Origin: Pseudomonadales bacterium | GTDB taxonomy: Bacteria > Pseudomonadota > Gammaproteobacteria > Pseudomonadales > UBA7239 | NCBI GenBank assembly: GCA_028280345.1 | Contig: JANQLY010000009.1 | Span: forward strand, 43,402-107,401 | Direction of reading: 5' to 3' | Length of the DNA stretch: 64,000 nt | Shown: piece after piece, positions 59,214 to 64,000 of the stretch | How the letters are laid out: each line of letters opens with the position of its first letter | Position numbering within the stretch: the stretch's first letter is position 1 | Notes under the pieces: model-generated | Database searches by the model: none | The model's input: only the letters and a program-made list of their open reading frames with translations | What the model was told of the DNA's origin: nothing | Translations under genes and position numbers: made by a program

Positions 59214-62200
59214 GTGGTGATTATGTCATATGTTAGTGAGTTACAGAAAGAGGAATTTTCTGACGGTACTCATGTAGTAGTTTATAGCACAGAAAATAAT
59301 AGTAGTGCAGTTAGAGATGCCGGAGTTATTAAAGAAATTTTGATTTTTACGGCAAGCTTGCTTGTCCTGTTGCTTTTTTATGGTAATGCAAGAGCGGGTG
59401 ATTTTATTTGCGCAGCGTGTACTACTTACAATTGTCATTACATCTATGATTCTGCTGCGGATGCTTGTGCCATTTATGGTGGGGCTGTCAAAGTAACCGA
59501 TCAACTTTATCGCTGTAAGGACAATACAAACATTGTGGCGAAATGTCAGGGACATTGTGGGGCAGGGCAGTATAGAGATCTTGCGGGAGATATTCAGTGT
59601 GTCAATGTTAATCAGAAGCCGGATTGTGACTCTGCTCAGGGAAATCCCATACTGACCCGTACAGGAGGGAAGCGCCAATGGGAAACAGATTATCGCTATC
59701 ACGGCATTGTACCTGTTTCGATTGAGCGTGTTTACGACTTTCTTGATAGGAAGGGTTATTGGTACTTTGCTTATACTCAACATATTGATAGCGTGCCTTA
59801 CGGAAGCTGGAACGTAATAGATGGTTTCGATTACGGGGGTTACTACACAACGATTGACCGAGCCAATGGTGAACGTTATCTCTACGAGGGATTGGTTGTT
59901 GAAAATGGCAGTCAGTTGTTTACATCACGTGTGCTTTATTCCCAATATCAGTTACAAGTCCATTTTGTAAGTTCTGCAATTAGTGGTTACACTTTGACGC
60001 ATACAGATGGTTCAATAGAAAGCTTTGATGCGAACGGAGTTCTTGTTTCAATTGAAACGCCGGAAGGTTTTCTGGTAACGATTGATACCGGTCAGGATGG
60101 TCAAACCGGGTTGCCAATAAAAATAATTACGGACTCAGTCAGTGGTATCGTGATGATGTACTACTATGATGTATTGGATCGAATCGTCAGTATAGCTGTT
60201 ACGCATTCTTCACCTGTAAATGAGATATTTGAATATCACTATAGCTATGATGATGGCGTTGATGGCAGTGGTTTGCTGGACAAGGTGACTTATCCGGATG
60301 GTTCGACAATCAAGTATCGTTATGGTGAAAACGGTGCGCCAACTAAAGCGTTAACCAGTAAACTGGATGAAGAAGGTAGTGTCTATGCCAGTTGGCAATA
60401 TGACTCGATAAGTGGGCGTGCTATTCACTCTAGTCGTGGCAATGCGTCGCGGCAGATTGACATCACTTATGCTGCGGATCCTGTAAGCGGTTTGATCGAT
60501 AGTGCAATGGTTACCAATGCCGCTGGTAAACAACAGCATCTGCATTTTGCTGACCTTGGTAATAATCGCCGCCGCGTTAGTCGCTCTGAAGGTATGACGC
60601 TAGGGGGATGTGCACCATCAGACAGTTATTTTACCTATGATGATAATGGGTGGAAGGTCACAATAACTGAAGGAGTAGACCTGTTAGCGGACCCGGTTCA
60701 GGAAGGTGTTGTAACTCACTATGTGCGGGATGAGACAGGTTCACCTCATCGCGTAACAGCAAAGATTACCGGCTTGCAATGGGGAGAAGAAAAGCCCTGG
60801 AATATGGCTCAGCCTGATCCGGCTACCTTGCAGCCACTACCGGAAAGTCAAAAAGTTGAGCTCGACTGGCATACCTTGCGTGATCAGGTAATTGAAAAGC
60901 GATTTTTTGCACGTGACGAAAATAACAGCGCCTGGATACATTACAAAACTATTGCCTACGATTATGACGATGGAATCAATCATGATTGTGATAATCGCAA
61001 TAATATTGATGAGGTTGATACCTGGCGGTTGTGTTCGCGGCGAGTGACAGATGTGGTTGACGGGATAACGCGAGAGTGGACTTACACTTATCAACTGAAT
61101 GGGTCGGATGGTGTTGTAAACAGCAGATTAGTGAATGGCCCCGGGCCGGGTAACACAGATTCAACAGTCTATACCTATAATAGTGCAGGGCAGCTCGTGT
61201 CGCGGGAAAATGCGTTATCACATATGACAACATATGGAGAATATAATGGGTTTGGTTTTCCTCGGCATATAACAGACAGTAATGGTGTATTGAACACGCT
61301 GGACTACGATTTGCGTGGGCGTGTTACTTCAATAACTGCGGATAGTGGCAGCGGCGGTGCAAGTACGACCACACAGTTTGCCTGGTATGCCAATGGTTTG
61401 CTCAAGCGAATTGACTGGGCAGATAGTAGTTTCGTTGAGTATTACTATAATGCGGCCCATGAGTTAGTTGGGCTGGAGAATCAGTTTGGCGAATATGTAG
61501 AATTTACACCTTCAGTAATCTCTGAAAACTGGTCATCGCTAAAGATATGCACAGAAAAAACTGGAGCAGGTTGTGACGCCTCAAATGTTATCTTCGAACG
61601 TATACAGGACATTGATGCACTTGGACGTGTGGTCGGTATTCGTGATGCCAATGGCAGCTTGCGTCGAGGTTATGGTTATGACCGCTATAACAATATTACG
61701 ACAAGAGTAGATTATGGTGATGTCGGCAATGCTCCTGATCATGACGATAATAATCTTGTTACATACTTTAGTTATGACGGTCTGCAACGCTTAACCCGTA
61801 TAGCAGGCGCGTTTATTTGTGGCAGTGATTGTGCTGTTGATGCCTATGGAAATCTCGCGTCTGCGGTTCCTCAGACAGCGCCTGAAATACTATATAGCTA
61901 TAGTGTTGAAAACAAAGTAGCCACTCTGACAGATCGTGGTGGCATTGTTACGCACTGGCATTACAACGGATTTGGCGAGGTTGTACGTGAAGATAGCCGT
62001 GACCGTGGCACATTGGTTTATGCTTACGATAGCGCTGGCCAGTTGATTGAGAAGCATCAATATGGATACATAGATGCGGAGTTGGCTCCGTCGGGTACGT
62101 TCCACAAAACCCGCTATGCTTATGACACTCTCGGCCGCCTGACCGCTGTGTATTTTTCAGAAATACCGGGGGAACATGCGGAAGACATTATTTATACCTA

Positions 62201-63143
62201 TGATTTGAATGACGGTGCTCATGGCAAAGGGATTGGCCGACTTACTCGTGTACAAGATCAAAGTGGTATATCGGATTATCACTATGACAGTCTGGGGAGG
62301 GTGTTGACGCAAAGTTTTGACCCGGATGGCGATGCTCCCTTGTCGTTTTCCCAGCATTATACTTATAACGAGGTTGGAGCTTTGACATCTGTCACCCATG
62401 AGCCGGGTAACCATAAATTTAATTATACCTACAGTGAGGGCCGACTAAATACCATTGACTACGGTGCAATGTATGACCTTGTTGTAGATGTTGATTATCG
62501 TCCATTTGGAGGAATTGCTGGATATAGCAATACGATGTATTCGGTGGGTCAGCCTTTGCTGATAACAACGCGTAATTACAACAAAAGTGGTCAATTGATC
62601 AAAAGTAATACTAATTTGCATAACGATGGTGGTTATGACGTTCATTATAACTATGATGCTTACGGCAACATTAGTGAAATTGCTGATGAGTGGGCTGGGA
62701 CTACAGCTGATCAGACTTTCGAGTACGATCCGTTGCGGCGATTGACGAGAGCTACGGGATTATATGGTCAGTATCGCTACAAATATGACAAGGCCGGTAA
62801 TCGTCTGGAGCGTGAACTATACCGAATAGACCCGGCGAACCCGCCTCCAGTTGGGCCTGACTATGGTGACTCAGATACAGAAGTTTTTACTGAGCATTAT
62901 TACTACGATGATGGTACGGCTATGGGTGGTGATACACCGGAAGACTTTATTAGCCATCGATTGTTCACCGTTGAGCGTGATCATGTTGAAACAGGTCTGT
63001 CGTTACGCCGTCGCAGCTTGCACTATGACGAGCAGGGTAATCTCATTGAGGACAAGCGTGAAGACTTATTGCAGTCATCGGAGGTAAAAGTTAAGCCGGT
63101 TTACGGTGATGATAATCGTATCAATAACCTGGATGTGGAATAG
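59214..63143 (+). CDS. RHS/YD-repeat protein, N-terminal part lacking the RHS core and toxin tip
   Basis: Hydrophobic segment ending ARA, Cys-rich region, DUF6531-like GNPI..TG.K...ETD, many YD repeats; ends YGDDNRINNLDVE* with no PGQY/DPxG core. True start uncertain (59214-59340). Confidence 0.88.
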   Translation: MVIMSYVSELQKEEFSDGTHVVVYSTENNSSAVRDAGVIKEILIFTASLLVLLLFYGNARAGDFICAACTTYNCHYIYDSAADACAIYGGAVKVTDQLYRCKDNTNIVAKCQGHCGAGQYRDLAGDIQCVNVNQKPDCDSAQGNPILTRTGGKRQWETDYRYHGIVPVSIERVYDFLDRKGYWYFAYTQHIDSVPYGSWNVIDGFDYGGYYTTIDRANGERYLYEGLVVENGSQLFTSRVLYSQYQLQVHFVSSAISGYTLTHTDGSIESFDANGVLVSIETPEGFLVTIDTGQDGQTGLPIKIITDSVSGIVMMYYYDVLDRIVSIAVTHSSPVNEIFEYHYSYDDGVDGSGLLDKVTYPDGSTIKYRYGENGAPTKALTSKLDEEGSVYASWQYDSISGRAIHSSRGNASRQIDITYAADPVSGLIDSAMVTNAAGKQQHLHFADLGNNRRRVSRSEGMTLGGCAPSDSYFTYDDNGWKVTITEGVDLLADPVQEGVVTHYVRDETGSPHRVTAKITGLQWGEEKPWNMAQPDPATLQPLPESQKVELDWHTLRDQVIEKRFFARDENNSAWIHYKTIAYDYDDGINHDCDNRNNIDEVDTWRLCSRRVTDVVDGITREWTYTYQLNGSDGVVNSRLVNGPGPGNTDSTVYTYNSAGQLVSRENALSHMTTYGEYNGFGFPRHITDSNGVLNTLDYDLRGRVTSITADSGSGGASTTTQFAWYANGLLKRIDWADSSFVEYYYNAAHELVGLENQFGEYVEFTPSVISENWSSLKICTEKTGAGCDASNVIFERIQDIDALGRVVGIRDANGSLRRGYGYDRYNNITTRVDYGDVGNAPDHDDNNLVTYFSYDGLQRLTRIAGAFICGSDCAVDAYGNLASAVPQTAPEILYSYSVENKVATLTDRGGIVTHWHYNGFGEVVREDSRDRGTLVYAYDSAGQLIEKHQYGYIDAELAPSGTFHKTRYAYDTLGRLTAVYFSEIPGEHAEDIIYTYDLNDGAHGKGIGRLTRVQDQSGISDYHYDSLGRVLTQSFDPDGDAPLSFSQHYTYNEVGALTSVTHEPGNHKFNYTYSEGRLNTIDYGAMYDLVVDVDYRPFGGIAGYSNTMYSVGQPLLITTRNYNKSGQLIKSNTNLHNDGGYDVHYNYDAYGNISEIADEWAGTTADQTFEYDPLRRLTRATGLYGQYRYKYDKAGNRLERELYRIDPANPPPVGPDYGDSDTEVFTEHYYYDDGTAMGGDTPEDFISHRLFTVERDHVETGLSLRRRSLHYDEQGNLIEDKREDLLQSSEVKVKPVYGDDNRINNLDVE

Positions 63144-63155
63144 GGGGGAAGAATC

Positions 63156-64000
63156 ATGCAGATTGAAAAATATATTTTAATGGTTCTAGTTATTGCTCTG
63201 TTGCCGGGTTGTAAAATTGATGTGAGCGTCAATGGTGATGGTAGTGTGACTTCTTCTACAGGTAATATTGCTGACTGTAGGGAAGAGAATGCTGGTAGCG
63301 AAGCTTGCCGGCACGAATATGTCACAGTACTGGAAAATTGTGACGGTTATGATGCTTTTGATAGTAACAAAGATGAAGCTCATGAGCTCGATTGCACCGT
63401 TATAGGTAGTGGCGAAGCTGTGGAAGAAGAGCTGGTGGCAACGCCTGATGAAGATAATAGTTTTGACGGTTGGGCGGGAGATTGTAGTGGTGCGAATACT
63501 TGTCGCTACACGATTACTGAGGATGAAGCGGCCGACGATAGCAAAACATGGCAAGTAGAGGCGAGCTTTGAGCCAGAGCCTTTACCGGAGGAGGCAAGTT
63601 ATACTCATAATTACCTGGGCCAGCGTACTAGTAAAACTGTAGGCACGCTCACGACTTACTACATTTATAATCAAAGTGGCCAGTTGGTACGAGAGCATAC
63701 CTCAACAGGAATTAGCCGGGTTTATGTATATATGTATAAGGAGCTGGTGTCTGTTTATGAGGAAAATGATCAGGGATCGCAGAACATCTATTACCCTGTT
63801 AAAGATCACCTGGGACAGCTGCGACAACTACTGGCGATAGGAGAGACACTCAGTAGTGAACGTTATGCAACGCCTTTTGGGCAAACCCATAGTCAATATC
63901 AGGTGGCCAGTCTCAGTGAGCACAATACAAGATTGCCCGGCCAATACTATGATAAGGAAAGTGGTTATCACGAAAATGGTTTTCGCAGTTATGAGCCGGG
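63156..64000 (+). CDS. predicted lipoprotein: InlB-B/Flg_new-like domain fused to the C-terminal YD repeats and RHS-associated core (partial, runs off window)
   Basis: Not in the ORF track; translated by hand: MQIEKYILMVLVIALLPGCKIDVSVNGDGSVTS...ATPDEDNSFDGWAGDCSG...VEASF...SYTHNYLGQRTSK...YIYNQSGQLVRE...DHLG...NTRLPGQYYDKESGYHENGFRSYEP; GGGGGG RBS 5' of ATG 63156. Confidence 0.88.
   Translation, partial: MQIEKYILMVLVIALLPGCKIDVSVNGDGSVTSSTGNIADCREENAGSEACRHEYVTVLENCDGYDAFDSNKDEAHELDCTVIGSGEAVEEELVATPDEDNSFDGWAGDCSGANTCRYTITEDEAADDSKTWQVEASFEPEPLPEEASYTHNYLGQRTSKTVGTLTTYYIYNQSGQLVREHTSTGISRVYVYMYKELVSVYEENDQGSQNIYYPVKDHLGQLRQLLAIGETLSSERYATPFGQTHSQYQVASLSEHNTRLPGQYYDKESGYHENGFRSYEP

Noticed and set aside
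63186-63554. 122-aa minus-strand ORF
   Set aside because: Antisense to the + strand lipoprotein-RHS ORF at 63156.
63100-63600. Frameshift or pseudogene explanation for the RHS break
   Set aside because: The two YD segments are separated by ~450 bp encoding a coherent RBS, lipobox and folded domain, not by a small indel; read-level confirmation is still needed.

Overview
64-kb chromosomal segment of a Gram-negative bacterium. Gene content (gltX + tRNA-Ala, malate synthase G, DUF3014/DUF2959, TonB receptor) suggests a lipid-degrading Gammaproteobacterium of the Cellvibrionales/Pseudomonadales type; this placement is inferred. Contents in order: (1) very large secreted FG-GAP/Ca-binding repeat proteins around selO; (2) a ~12-kb acyl-CoA catabolic cluster resembling steroid/polycyclic-lipid pathways, with three copies of a TTTGACA-N3-TGTCAAA palindrome and a PhlA-PhlB-like fusion overlapping a thiolase; (3) gltX, tRNA-Ala(GGC) with a duplicated 3' end, and a candidate orphan sRNA; (4) mixed accessory genes (tandem outer-membrane barrels, orphan KshA-like Rieske oxygenase, pentapeptide fibre-like protein, two non-RD Ser/Thr kinases, TonB receptor, GH5, arylsulfatase, glcB); (5) at the right end, an RHS/YD locus split over two genes. 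The first gene is a signal-peptide-bearing shell half with no RHS core. The second, absent from the ORF track, is a predicted lipoprotein that resumes the YD repeats and reaches the RHS core before running off the window. The split RHS is the most unusual feature seen. No CRISPR array, rRNA, transposase or integrase was seen. Family assignments are from motif recognition by eye, not database searches.
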